Shown here piece after piece: positions 1-8,470 of a DNA stretch of 64,000 nucleotides (its first letter is position 1; each line of letters begins with the position of its first letter). The notes below the pieces were generated by a model. The model ran no database searches. It saw nothing but the letters and a program-made list of their open reading frames with translations, and was not told the origin of the DNA. The position numbers were made by a program, and so were the translations under genes. Origin of the DNA: Candidatus Desantisbacteria bacterium CG1_02_49_89 (lineage in GTDB: Bacteria; Desantisbacteria; UBA1551); contig MNUP01000033.1 of assembly GCA_001871075.1 (NCBI GenBank), forward strand, positions 437 to 64,436, given 5' to 3'.

Positions 1-503
1 TCACCGCCAGGATTATATTTAATAGTGAGATAGTCCTCGCCTGCCTCCCAGGAACATCCCGTTACATAGACGTTCCCTGTGTCGTCTACCGCAATATTCC
101 ATGCCTGGTCATCGCTATTGTTGTCATATCTTCTCTGCCAGACTGTATTGCCGTTTGAATCGTATTTAATTGTAAGGTAGTCATCGTCTATACCGTTTGA
201 GGAATATCCGGTTACGTAAATATTGCCTGAGTCATCAATGGCTATGCCGCCGTAGCCGAAATCGTGTTGTCCGCTGTCATACGCCTTCTGCCAAACTTCT
301 TCTGCATTGCTATATTCTCCCGGGCTTGGCGTTGTTTCCCCGCTCGAAGCTTTCGGTATCACGCCCGCCTCCTGCCCTCCTGTTATTACCTGCTCAGCCC
401 CGTCGGCGCTGCCGAAGCCGACGAAGAATGCTTCGCAGGTTAAAGGTTGAAGGTTAAAGGTTAAAAGGGTTAGAGCAATGACTGCTATTATCAGCTTTTT
501 CAT
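1..503 (-). CDS. Secreted SBBP/beta-propeller-repeat protein, N-terminal part only; the ORF runs off the left edge of the window
   Basis: The minus-strand ATG is at 503-501, giving MKKLIIAVIALTLL..., a signal peptide. Repeated '...YVTGYS..DYLTIKYDSNGN..W' units are typical of SBBP beta-propeller repeats. It is absent from the ORF track only because no stop codon falls inside the window. Confidence 0.55.
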   Translation of the reverse strand, partial: MKKLIIAVIALTLLTFNLQPLTCEAFFVGFGSADGAEQVITGGQEAGVIPKASSGETTPSPGEYSNAEEVWQKAYDSGQHDFGYGGIAIDDSGNIYVTGYSSNGIDDDYLTIKYDSNGNTVWQRRYDNNSDDQAWNIAVDDTGNVYVTGCSWEAGEDYLTIKYNPGG

Positions 504-518
504 CAAATCTCCGTCCAG

Positions 519-649
519 CGTGTCATTGCGAACCGAAGCCGCGAGCTGAAACCACGAGCAAAGCGTGGTGGGCAGCGTGGCGGGCGGTGAAGCAATCTAA
601 TGTTGCTTTATAGATTGCCGCGTCGCCAAAAGGCTCCTCGCAATGACAG
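519..649. repeat. MITE-like structured element E1, with terminal inverted repeats GTGTCATTGCGA / TCGCAATGACA and internal GAAGCAATCT / AGATTGC
   Basis: Seen directly. The terminal and internal inverted repeats are shared with the elements at 1733-1852 and 8757-8831. It carries a 57-nt insert that appears reverse-complemented in E2. Confidence 0.5.
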
Positions 650-746
650 ATAAATCAAGAATTTGTGTTACAAACCACGAACAACCAGTCGAAGATCCCT
701 GTGTTTAGTCCCGAAGGGTTTGCAGGGATCGGGACTGCAGGGATAA

Positions 747-1718
747 CTACATTATGTCAACCACGACCTTAATGCATTCCCCCGGCTTATACGCGCACAT
801 CTTTATGCCTTCCGCGATCCCTTCAAGTTTTATATGGTGGGTTATCAGCGGCTTTATCTTCAGCCTGCCAAGGCTTACAAGCTTCTCGCCGAACGCCATA
901 AGCTCCCTTATCCTGTCAAGGTAAGGCATTTTGAAGCCTATGATATCAATGCCGTGATAAAGGCAGTAGTTCGAGTCGAACGTGATCCCCTCGTCAACGC
1001 ACCCGTACATTATCAGTTTGCCGCGGTCCTTTATTATTTCAAGTGGAAGGTTAAAAAGGTTCTTGCCTGTCGCGTGTATCACGTCATCCACCCGGCCGAA
1101 TTTTTCATTTATTACTTTGGCAACGTTTTCTTTGCCCGCGTCAACAACAGCGTCAGCTCCGAGTTCCATTGCTTTGTCCAGGCGAAGCTTGCACATATCA
1201 ACGCCTATTACTTTTGAAGCTCCGGATATCTTAGCTTCCTGGACAAGGAGCAGGCCAGCCGGGCCCAGGCCAAGGACCACAACGGTTTCTCCGAGTTCCA
1301 CAAGCGTGCCCCTGCACATCGTGGAGCCCAGCATTTCCATTATCGACCCTTCATCATAAGAAATATTGCTGCTGAGCCTGGCAATGGCGTAATACTGCGG
1401 GTAGATATCGTTGTATTCGGTAAAAGCTCCTTCTGCCTTGCACCAGAACGCGATCCTATCGCCGATATTAAAACCCCCTTCAGCGTGTTTCCCCGCGTGC
1501 ACTATCTCGCCTGAGCACTCGTGCCCGCCTATCATCGGGAATTTCAGTTCAGGATGCGCCTTTATTATATCCCTTTCCCCTTTAAGCACTGCGCTGTCAG
1601 AACCGTTGCAGATGGACGCTCTGTGTATCTTCAGGATCAGGTTCCTGTCATCCGGCTTCGGCTCAGGAACGTCTTTTACGACTATTTCCGAAGGACCTAA
1701 AAATATCGCCGCTTTCAT
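747..1718 (-). CDS. Zn-dependent medium-chain alcohol dehydrogenase (threonine/sorbitol dehydrogenase-like)
   Basis: GHECSGEIVHAG zinc-ligand motif. Rossmann GxGxxG (VVVLGLGPAGLL). 323 aa. Confidence 0.8.
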   Translation of the reverse strand: MKAAIFLGPSEIVVKDVPEPKPDDRNLILKIHRASICNGSDSAVLKGERDIIKAHPELKFPMIGGHECSGEIVHAGKHAEGGFNIGDRIAFWCKAEGAFTEYNDIYPQYYAIARLSSNISYDEGSIMEMLGSTMCRGTLVELGETVVVLGLGPAGLLLVQEAKISGASKVIGVDMCKLRLDKAMELGADAVVDAGKENVAKVINEKFGRVDDVIHATGKNLFNLPLEIIKDRGKLIMYGCVDEGITFDSNYCLYHGIDIIGFKMPYLDRIRELMAFGEKLVSLGRLKIKPLITHHIKLEGIAEGIKMCAYKPGECIKVVVDIM

Positions 1719-1732
1719 TTTGTCTCCGTATC

Positions 1733-1852
1733 GGTGTCATTGCGAGGGTGAAACCCGTGGCAATCCCATACGAGATTGCTTCACCGCCCGCCACGCTGCC
1801 CACCACGCTTTGCTCGTGGTTTCAGCTCGCGGCTTCGGTTCGCAATGACATC
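1733..1852. repeat. MITE-like element E2, an inverted copy of E1
   Basis: 1788-1850 is the exact reverse complement of 521-585. It has the same GTGTCATTGCGAG...CGCAATGACA termini. It flanks the dehydrogenase gene on the other side. Confidence 0.5.
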
Positions 1853-1873
1853 TACAAATCTATTTTACGAAAT

Positions 1874-3025
1874 TTAATAATTACGGTTTTTCTTTATGTT
1901 TTCCGAGTTCAGGGATATCAATCTTTTAAGTCTGGATTCCTTTTCTTCCTCGGATACCTTATCCTGCATGCCAAGCGCTTTCGTATTAGGGCGGTCAGAG
2001 TATTTGAACATAAAAGCGTTGTTGAAACGCGTTCCCTTTACTATTTCAAGGGTCTGCAGGAAATCTTCTTCGGTCTCACCCGGGAACCCCACTATTATAT
2101 CCGTGCTGAAAACCGCGCCTGGTATCCTGTCTTTTATCGTCTTGATCAGGTCTAAGTAATGCTTCCTTGTGTATCCCCTGTTCATCGCCTCAAGGATCCT
2201 GTCTGACCCTGACTGCAAAGGCAGGTGGAATTCTTTTTCCATTTTATCCGATGCCGCTATTGCCTCTATCAGTTCCAGCGTCATGTCTTTCGGGTGCGCT
2301 GTCATATAACTTATTTTTTCAATTCCCTTTATCTTCTCTATTTCTTTCAGCAGTTCAACAAAATCATTACTTTTTGACGCACGACGCACGACGCACGACG
2401 CACGACTGTCTTTATAGGAGCACACATTCTGCCCCAGCAGCATTATCTCTTTAAAACCACCTGCGGCCACCCTCTCTGCTTCCGCGATGATCTCATCTGC
2501 CGGCCTGCTCTGTTCTCTTCCGCGCAAATGCGGCACAACGCAGTAGGAGCAGAAGTTGTCGCACCCCCTTATGATAGGCACGTATGCCATTTCCATATTT
2601 TTCCTCTCCACCGGAGGGAGAGGATTAAGGTGAGGGGGATTAAATTTCCCCGTCTCAACGATCCTTGACTTATTCTCTATCGCCTTTTTTACGAAATCGC
2701 CGGCTATACCGATGTTTCCGGGGCCAATAACAACCTGGACCCAGGGAAACCTGTTTAAAATGCCTGTTTTCTCCTGCTCAGCAAGGCACCCGCACACGCC
2801 TACCAGCAGGCCCGGTTTCTTTTCCTTGAGCTTCTTTGTTTCGGAAAGTATCGTGTAGAACCGCTGGACCGCGTGCTCTCTCACAGAACAGGTATTGAAA
2901 ATTATAATATCTGCTTCATCCGCATCTTTTATCTGTCTGAATCCGTGTTCAACCAATTGCCCGGCAATGCATTGCGAATCGTATTCATTCATCTGGCATC
3001 CAAAGGTTTTTATGTAAAATTTCAT
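1874..3025 (-). CDS. MiaB/RimO-family radical-SAM methylthiotransferase
   Basis: N-terminal MTTase domain (IKTFGCQMNEYDS). Radical-SAM CxxxCxxC (CDNFCSYCVVP). At 383 aa it appears to lack a C-terminal TRAM domain. It contains an in-frame heptamer array (GACGCAC)x4. Confidence 0.75.
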   Translation of the reverse strand: MKFYIKTFGCQMNEYDSQCIAGQLVEHGFRQIKDADEADIIIFNTCSVREHAVQRFYTILSETKKLKEKKPGLLVGVCGCLAEQEKTGILNRFPWVQVVIGPGNIGIAGDFVKKAIENKSRIVETGKFNPPHLNPLPPVERKNMEMAYVPIIRGCDNFCSYCVVPHLRGREQSRPADEIIAEAERVAAGGFKEIMLLGQNVCSYKDSRASCVVRRASKSNDFVELLKEIEKIKGIEKISYMTAHPKDMTLELIEAIAASDKMEKEFHLPLQSGSDRILEAMNRGYTRKHYLDLIKTIKDRIPGAVFSTDIIVGFPGETEEDFLQTLEIVKGTRFNNAFMFKYSDRPNTKALGMQDKVSEEEKESRLKRLISLNSENIKKNRNY

Positions 3026-3315
3026 TTTAAAAACCTCTGGATGATTTTACCGCAGGTTCCTATCAATTTAATTTTTCTTTTCTTTGACATAGTTTTTATT
3101 TTTCTCTCTGTCTTCATCGCATGCCTGCGGAATACGTATACCTTAGCATATACCAGCTTCACGGGCCCCCTGCCTTTTACATATTTAGCCCCTTTGCCCG
3201 TGTTGTGCAGGGCGATCCGTTTTTTCAGGTTATTGGTATAACCCGTATAGAATGTCCCGTCTTTGCATTTAAGGATATATACGAAAAACCTTTTTATGCT
3301 TTTCGCGCGTTTCAT
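3022..3315 (-). CDS. GIY-YIG nuclease-domain protein (UPF0213/YhbQ-like)
   Basis: FFVYILKCKDGTFYTGYTNNLKKRIALHN is the classic GIY-YIG signature. 97 aa. It overlaps the upstream gene by 4 nt. Confidence 0.7.
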   Translation of the reverse strand: MKRAKSIKRFFVYILKCKDGTFYTGYTNNLKKRIALHNTGKGAKYVKGRGPVKLVYAKVYVFRRHAMKTERKIKTMSKKRKIKLIGTCGKIIQRFLK

Positions 3316-4235
3316 TGGGCTGTTTCGGATGCGGTTGCGCGCGTGAAGATCGTTTCCTTAAAAACCTCTTTTATTGGCTTGCCTGTCCAGGTATCAGGAA
3401 TAACCAGGCCAAGCGCGTAGATCGCTGCGCCTGAAACGTCGCAGATAGAGACCGGAGCCTGGATCTCGTAATCGGATTTTACGGATGCCCCTGAGCAGAT
3501 AAAGGGAACACACATATCGCGCGGGTCTGTTGTCCCGTGCCCTTTCCCGTGCCCTCCGTGGTCAGCGCTTATTATAATAAAAGCCTGGTCCAGGATGCCC
3601 GCGGAACGGAGCCCGTCTAATAAAACACCTATAGCTTTGTCGCAATCCTCTACAGATTTAACCTGGTTAGCTGAACCCCAGCCCCAGCTATGCCCTGCTG
3701 AATCAGGATCAGGCAGGTGCACAAAACATAAATTAGGTTTTTCCTCAATAATATACTCGGCAGCCGCCCTGGCTATTACCCCGGCATTGCTGTTTACCCA
3801 CCTGAACTTATCCACTGTTCCCGGCTTGGCTATATGCAGAAGTTTTTGTTTGCCGGTAAACATCGCGGTTTTCAGGCCGGCTGCTTTTGCCAGCTCGAAT
3901 ACCGTTGTCACCTGAACGTATCCTTTTTCCGGTTTGTAATCGTTCCATGTTATTTTATGCACGCTTGCCTTAACGCCTGTCAGCATTGAGGTATGGGCAG
4001 GCAGCGTCACGCTGGGCACGATACTTTGCGCCCAGAAGGTATAAGCGCCTCCGGAAGACAAAGCGCGGATATTCCTGGACTCCGCCCTGCAAAAAACTAT
4101 GTCAGAACGGGCGCCGTCAATGCTTATTATAAGCACGTAGTTGAACGGTGTTAACGCAACGGAAACCTGCGCTGCCGTGAAAACCAGCACAAAAACAAAT
4201 AATCCGGCTAAAACTCTTTTGATCCGTTGCTTCAT
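3312..4235 (-). CDS. Secreted alkaline-phosphatase-superfamily nucleotide pyrophosphatase/phosphodiesterase
   Basis: Signal peptide. ISIDGARSD metal-site motif. HLPDPDSAGHSWG. SADHGGHGKGHGTTD. Confidence 0.7.
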   Translation of the reverse strand: MKQRIKRVLAGLFVFVLVFTAAQVSVALTPFNYVLIISIDGARSDIVFCRAESRNIRALSSGGAYTFWAQSIVPSVTLPAHTSMLTGVKASVHKITWNDYKPEKGYVQVTTVFELAKAAGLKTAMFTGKQKLLHIAKPGTVDKFRWVNSNAGVIARAAAEYIIEEKPNLCFVHLPDPDSAGHSWGWGSANQVKSVEDCDKAIGVLLDGLRSAGILDQAFIIISADHGGHGKGHGTTDPRDMCVPFICSGASVKSDYEIQAPVSICDVSGAAIYALGLVIPDTWTGKPIKEVFKETIFTRATASETAQ

Positions 4236-4265
4236 TTTTATTTTTTCCTTTCTTCTTCAAGTTTC

Positions 4266-4490
4266 TTACAGGGAAGGCAGGGGCATTTCCCGTATTTCAG
4301 CGTTGTCTTGCAGACCCAGGGGTAGTCCTTTCCCCTCACTCACTATTTTTTCGCAGAATTTGATCTCTTCCCCAGTTAAAGGTTTCGCGTTCTGAGCGAA
4401 CAGGTTCCTGATCAGCGTTTTCTCGATGAACGGCCAGGCAATGGCAAAACCCGCCGCGATACAAAGGATAACAATAAGGAAAATTTTCAT
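4266..4490 (-). CDS. Small hypothetical membrane protein
   Basis: 74-aa ORF with one N-terminal TM helix (MKIFLIVILCIAAGFAIAWPF). It lies in a 335-nt intergenic gap. There is no homology support. Confidence 0.25.
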   Translation of the reverse strand: MKIFLIVILCIAAGFAIAWPFIEKTLIRNLFAQNAKPLTGEEIKFCEKIVSEGKGLPLGLQDNAEIREMPLPSL

Positions 4491-4571
4491 ACAGCCTTCC
4501 CCCTATGGGGTAATGAACGGCGAGTTCTTCCCGAAGCAAAGTAGATCGCAGATGACATATAAAAAAGAAAC

Positions 4572-6080
4572 TTAAATAACGAACAGGTTGGCGGAAGAGA
4601 AGTTGGCGTCCGTGGTAAGGTTTACTCCCAGTCTTTTCAGGCCGGCTTCATCGCCGGGAGTGGGTATATGGGTCATATGGACTTCGCAGCCACGGAGTTT
4701 CTCCAGTTCCTTCAGCGCGATCTCGGCAGTGTGGTTGGTGGCAGCGCTTATCGAAAGGGCCGTAAGCGCTTCATCAAGGCTAAGGCTCTCGGATTCAGCT
4801 CCGAGTATGCCTTCTTTCATTTTCGCTATGCAGCTGAGCAGGTTCGGGGAAAGAAGAAGTATTCCGTCAGGTATGTTCGAAAGCGCTTTTATAGCGTTTA
4901 TAACAAGGCTTGACGCCGCGTGCATCAAGGGCGAGTTCTTACCCGTGATCATACGGCCGTCAGGCAGCTGTATTGCCGCCCCGCAGAACACGCCTTTGTT
5001 TCCCTTGCCTTTTTTCTCAGCGTCATCCGCGGCTTTGCGCGCGGGCAGGACAACGCCGCGGCCCTCCGGCTTTAACCCGAGTTCCTCCATGATCTTTTTC
5101 GCCTTCTCCACTGTTTTTTCGTTCTCTATGCCCTGGAAATATTCGCAGTTGTAACGCAGGAACCTGCGTATGATCTCCTGTTTCGCTGCTTCCTGCACGA
5201 TTTCGTCGTCTATTATCCCGAAACCGACCCTGTTCACTCCCATATCGGTCGGGGACTTGTACGCGGACTCCCCGAGGATCTTCTGCAGTATTTTCGCGAG
5301 TATCGGGAAACTCTCAACATCCCTGTTGTAATTAACGGAAACCTTGTTATAGGCGCTGAGGTGGAATGGGTCAACCAGGTTGAAGTCAAGTATATCCGCG
5401 GTTGCAGCTTCATACGCGATATTGACCGGGTGCTTCAGAGGCAGGTTCCAGATCGGGAAGGTCTCGAATTTCGCGTATCCCGAATGCATGCCTTTCTTGT
5501 GATCGTGGTACATCTGCGAAAAACAGGTTGCCAGCTTGCCGCTGCCCGGGCCGGGCGCCGTGATTATCACTATAGGTTTTTTGGTGGGTATGTATTCGTT
5601 TTTACCCAGGCCTTCGTCGCTGACAATAGCGTCCGTGTCAACGGGATAACCTTTTATGACCCCGTGGGTATATACCTTTATTCCCCTGCGCTCCAGCTTG
5701 TTTTTGAACTTCACAGAAAGAGGCTGGGAATCGAACCTGGTGATAAGCACAGCGGTTACGTCCAGGTTCCATTTGCGAAGGTCGTCCATAAGCTTCAGGG
5801 TCGCTATGTCATACGTAATGCCGAAATCACCCCTTATCCTCCCCTTCTCTATGTCACCCGCAAAAATGCACAGGATTATCTCAACCTTTTCCTTAAGTTC
5901 CTGCAGGAGCTTTATCTTAACGTTGGGGTCGTATCCGGGCAGGACCCTTGCGGCGTGATAATCGTAGCACAGCTTTCCGCCGAATTCAAGGTAAAGCTTG
6001 TTGTTGAACTTCCTGACCCGGTCAAGTATCTCCGCCGTTTGCTCTTTCAGGTATTTTTCGTTGTCAAACCCGGTCTTCAT
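4572..6080 (-). CDS. UPF0371/DUF1846 family protein
   Basis: MKTGFDNEKYLKEQ...LCYDYHAARVLPGYDP matches the characteristic UPF0371 N-terminus. It lies 12 nt downstream of thrS. Confidence 0.75.
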   Translation of the reverse strand: MKTGFDNEKYLKEQTAEILDRVRKFNNKLYLEFGGKLCYDYHAARVLPGYDPNVKIKLLQELKEKVEIILCIFAGDIEKGRIRGDFGITYDIATLKLMDDLRKWNLDVTAVLITRFDSQPLSVKFKNKLERRGIKVYTHGVIKGYPVDTDAIVSDEGLGKNEYIPTKKPIVIITAPGPGSGKLATCFSQMYHDHKKGMHSGYAKFETFPIWNLPLKHPVNIAYEAATADILDFNLVDPFHLSAYNKVSVNYNRDVESFPILAKILQKILGESAYKSPTDMGVNRVGFGIIDDEIVQEAAKQEIIRRFLRYNCEYFQGIENEKTVEKAKKIMEELGLKPEGRGVVLPARKAADDAEKKGKGNKGVFCGAAIQLPDGRMITGKNSPLMHAASSLVINAIKALSNIPDGILLLSPNLLSCIAKMKEGILGAESESLSLDEALTALSISAATNHTAEIALKELEKLRGCEVHMTHIPTPGDEAGLKRLGVNLTTDANFSSANLFVI

Positions 6081-6092
6081 TGACCTTTACTC

Positions 6093-7820
6093 CTATTCTT
6101 TGAGTTCTCCCTCGAACTTACCGACAAACTCCTCTATTTTTATAGCGCCCGCGTTGCCGCCTTTCTGGGAACGGACCGAAACAGTGTTTTCAGAGACTTC
6201 CTTGTCCCCTATTACCAGCATATACGGGACCTTTTCCATCTGCGCGAGCCGTATTTTCGCCTGCAGGGTCTGGTTGTCCTCATCGATAGCAACTCTTGCG
6301 CCCTTTTCTGCCAGAGTTTCCTTTACTTTTCTTGAGTATTCGTTATGCCTGTCAGCTATGGGTATCAGTTTTACCTGGACAGGGGCAAGCCAGAGCGGGA
6401 AAGCCCCGTTGTAGAATTCGATCAGGATCGCCATGAACCGCTCAAAAGAACCCAGTATGGCGCGGTGTATCATTATCGGCTCGTGCTCTTTGCTGTCCTC
6501 GCCCACATAGGAAAGCTTGAAAGCCGCGGGAAGGTTGAAATCCACCTGTATCGTGGTGCACTGCCATTCCCTGTTAAGCGCGTCCTTGATCTTAATGTCT
6601 ATTTTAGGCCCGTAGAAAACGCCTTCGCCCGGGTCGATCTGGTATTTTGTCTCGTTTTTTTCAAGCGCTGTCTTCAAAGCGGAAGTGGCAACCTCCCAGT
6701 TCTCAAGTGTCCCCACGTATTTCTCAGGCCTGGTGCTGACATACATCACGTAATCCTTGAAACCGAACTTTCCCAGGAAAAACGAAGTGAGCTTGAGCAC
6801 GCCTGATACTTCGTCCTCTATCTGGTCTTTCCTGCAGAAGATATGCGCGTCGTCCTGCGTGAAGCCGCGCACCCTGAGCAGGCCGTGCAGGACGCCCGGT
6901 TTTTCGTAGCGGTACACCGTACCCATTTCAGCCCAGCGTAAAGGCAGATCCCTGTAGCTGCGGGTCTGTGTCTTGTACACCATAATATGGCCGGGGCAGT
7001 TCATGGGCTTGAGCATGTAACTTTCATTCTCGAACTCCATCGGCGGGTACATGTTTTCCTTATAGAAATTAAGGTGGCCGCTTGTTTTCCACAAACCGGT
7101 CCTTGCTATGTGCGGTGAGTAGATCAGATCGTAGCCGTTCTTTAAATGCGTTTCAACCCAGAAATTCTCTATTATCCTGCGTATCAGCGCGCCCTTAGGA
7201 TGCCAGTAGATCAGGCCGGGCCCAGCTTCCTCCTGATGTATGCTGAAAAGGTCAAGTTCCTTACCGAGCTTCCTGTGGTCCCTTTTTTTGATCTCTTCCA
7301 GCCTCTGGATGTATTCGTCCAGTTCCTTCTGGGAGTAGAACGCGGTCCCGTATATGCGCTGCAGCATCGGGTTCTTCTCGCTTCCCCTCCAGTACGCTCC
7401 TGCAACGCTGAGCAGTTTGAACGCCTTGATCTCGCCCGTTGACGGAACATGGGGTCCCCTGCACATATCCGAAAAATCCCCGCATTTATAAAATGTCACC
7501 TTCTGGCCGGGTATTTCGGCCAGCAGGTCAAGCTTGTACGCCGCGCCGGCGTCTTTAAGGTTTTTTTCCGCTTCCTTGCGGTCAACCTCGATCTTCTCAA
7601 AAATGCTGTCCGCGTTGATGATCTCGCGCATTTTTTCTTCTATTTTTACCAGGTCTTCTGTCGCAAAAGGGTCCTGCCGGTCAAAATCGTAGTAGAAACC
7701 GTCTTCTATGGAAGGGCCTATCCCGAATTTCACGCCAGGGAAAAGCTCTTTTACCGCGTATGCCAGTATGTGGCTCGCGCTGTGCCTGTAAACGTCAAGA
7801 GGATATCTTTCCTTGCTCAT
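6093..7820 (-). CDS. thrS: Threonyl-tRNA synthetase
   Basis: Class II aaRS core. HRKLGKELDLF motif. N2/editing domain (HSASHILAYAV). C-terminal anticodon-binding domain. At 575 aa it begins at the N2 domain, with no TGS domain. Confidence 0.9.
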   Translation of the reverse strand: MSKERYPLDVYRHSASHILAYAVKELFPGVKFGIGPSIEDGFYYDFDRQDPFATEDLVKIEEKMREIINADSIFEKIEVDRKEAEKNLKDAGAAYKLDLLAEIPGQKVTFYKCGDFSDMCRGPHVPSTGEIKAFKLLSVAGAYWRGSEKNPMLQRIYGTAFYSQKELDEYIQRLEEIKKRDHRKLGKELDLFSIHQEEAGPGLIYWHPKGALIRRIIENFWVETHLKNGYDLIYSPHIARTGLWKTSGHLNFYKENMYPPMEFENESYMLKPMNCPGHIMVYKTQTRSYRDLPLRWAEMGTVYRYEKPGVLHGLLRVRGFTQDDAHIFCRKDQIEDEVSGVLKLTSFFLGKFGFKDYVMYVSTRPEKYVGTLENWEVATSALKTALEKNETKYQIDPGEGVFYGPKIDIKIKDALNREWQCTTIQVDFNLPAAFKLSYVGEDSKEHEPIMIHRAILGSFERFMAILIEFYNGAFPLWLAPVQVKLIPIADRHNEYSRKVKETLAEKGARVAIDEDNQTLQAKIRLAQMEKVPYMLVIGDKEVSENTVSVRSQKGGNAGAIKIEEFVGKFEGELKE

Positions 7821-8041
7821 ATGGCCTCTTTAATAAATAGATTAAATATATAATATAAAACCTGAAAATAGAGAATTGAAAATTGACCACAATCTCGCAA
7901 TCTCCTTTATCTATTGCTCTATTTTCTATTGCTCCAGTTTTCCGCAGTGCATATCAAAAAGACAGAAAATAGAAAATTGAGCAATAGACCGTCCGCCAAT
8001 CATGCTGGGCGGACTCTGATTTTTCGCAGAGCGAAAAATCT

Positions 8042-8115
8042 GGGCGGTACCCGGCTCGAACGGGTGACCTCCACGATGTCAACGTGGCACTCTAACCAAC
8101 TGAGCTAACCGCCCG
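8042..8115 (-). tRNA. tRNA-Val(GAC)
   Basis: Minus-strand sequence GGGCGGTTAGCTCAGTTGGTTAGAGTGCCACGTTGACATCGTGGAGGTCACCCGTTCGAGCCGGGTACCGCCCA folds as a cloverleaf with anticodon GAC. Confidence 0.85.
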
Positions 8116-8210
8116 CACATTCAAACACTCTTAGCGAAGTTGAAAACTGCGACCACAGGGAGTCCCGCATCTCCGATGGTACATCGGAGCATCGGGGAGC
8201 TAACCGCCCG

Positions 8211-8289
8211 TTTTAATACAGTTAAAAGTTGCCCGCCCCGACAACCATCGGGGCGAGGTCTCGCCCTGATTGAAATCAGGGCGGAAAAG
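8211..8289. repeat. Twin-hairpin element, copy A (CCCCGACAACCATCGGGG + CGCCCTGATTGAAATCAGGGCG)
   Basis: About 95% identical to 58728-58805. A diverged relative lies at 8623-8690. Confidence 0.5.
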
Positions 8290-8395
8290 CTGAAAGTTAA
8301 AAACTAAAATAGCCTGATAGAAAATAGAAAATTGAGAATAGACCGTCCCGATGTAACATCGGGACTCCACCACTTTTCCCTTGTTGGGAAAAGTG

Positions 8396-8470
8396 GTGCC
8401 AAGGGGCGGAATTGAACCGCCGACGCACGGATTTTCAGTCCGTCGCTCTACCAGACTGAGCTACCTTGGC
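8396..8470 (-). tRNA. tRNA-Phe(GAA), with CCA encoded
   Basis: GCCAAGGTAGCTCAGTCTGGTAGAGCGACGGACTGAAAATCCGTGCGTCGGCGGTTCAATTCCGCCCCTTGGCACCA. Confidence 0.85.

Noticed and set aside
197-457. Plus-strand 86-aa ORF
   Set aside because: It lies wholly antisense to the well-supported SBBP-repeat secreted-protein gene (1-503, minus strand). Its composition is Arg/Leu-rich, typical of GC-frame noise.
834-1359. Plus-strand ORFs of 127 and 125 aa inside the dehydrogenase gene
   Set aside because: Antisense to a CDS with clear Zn-ADH motifs. No independent signal.
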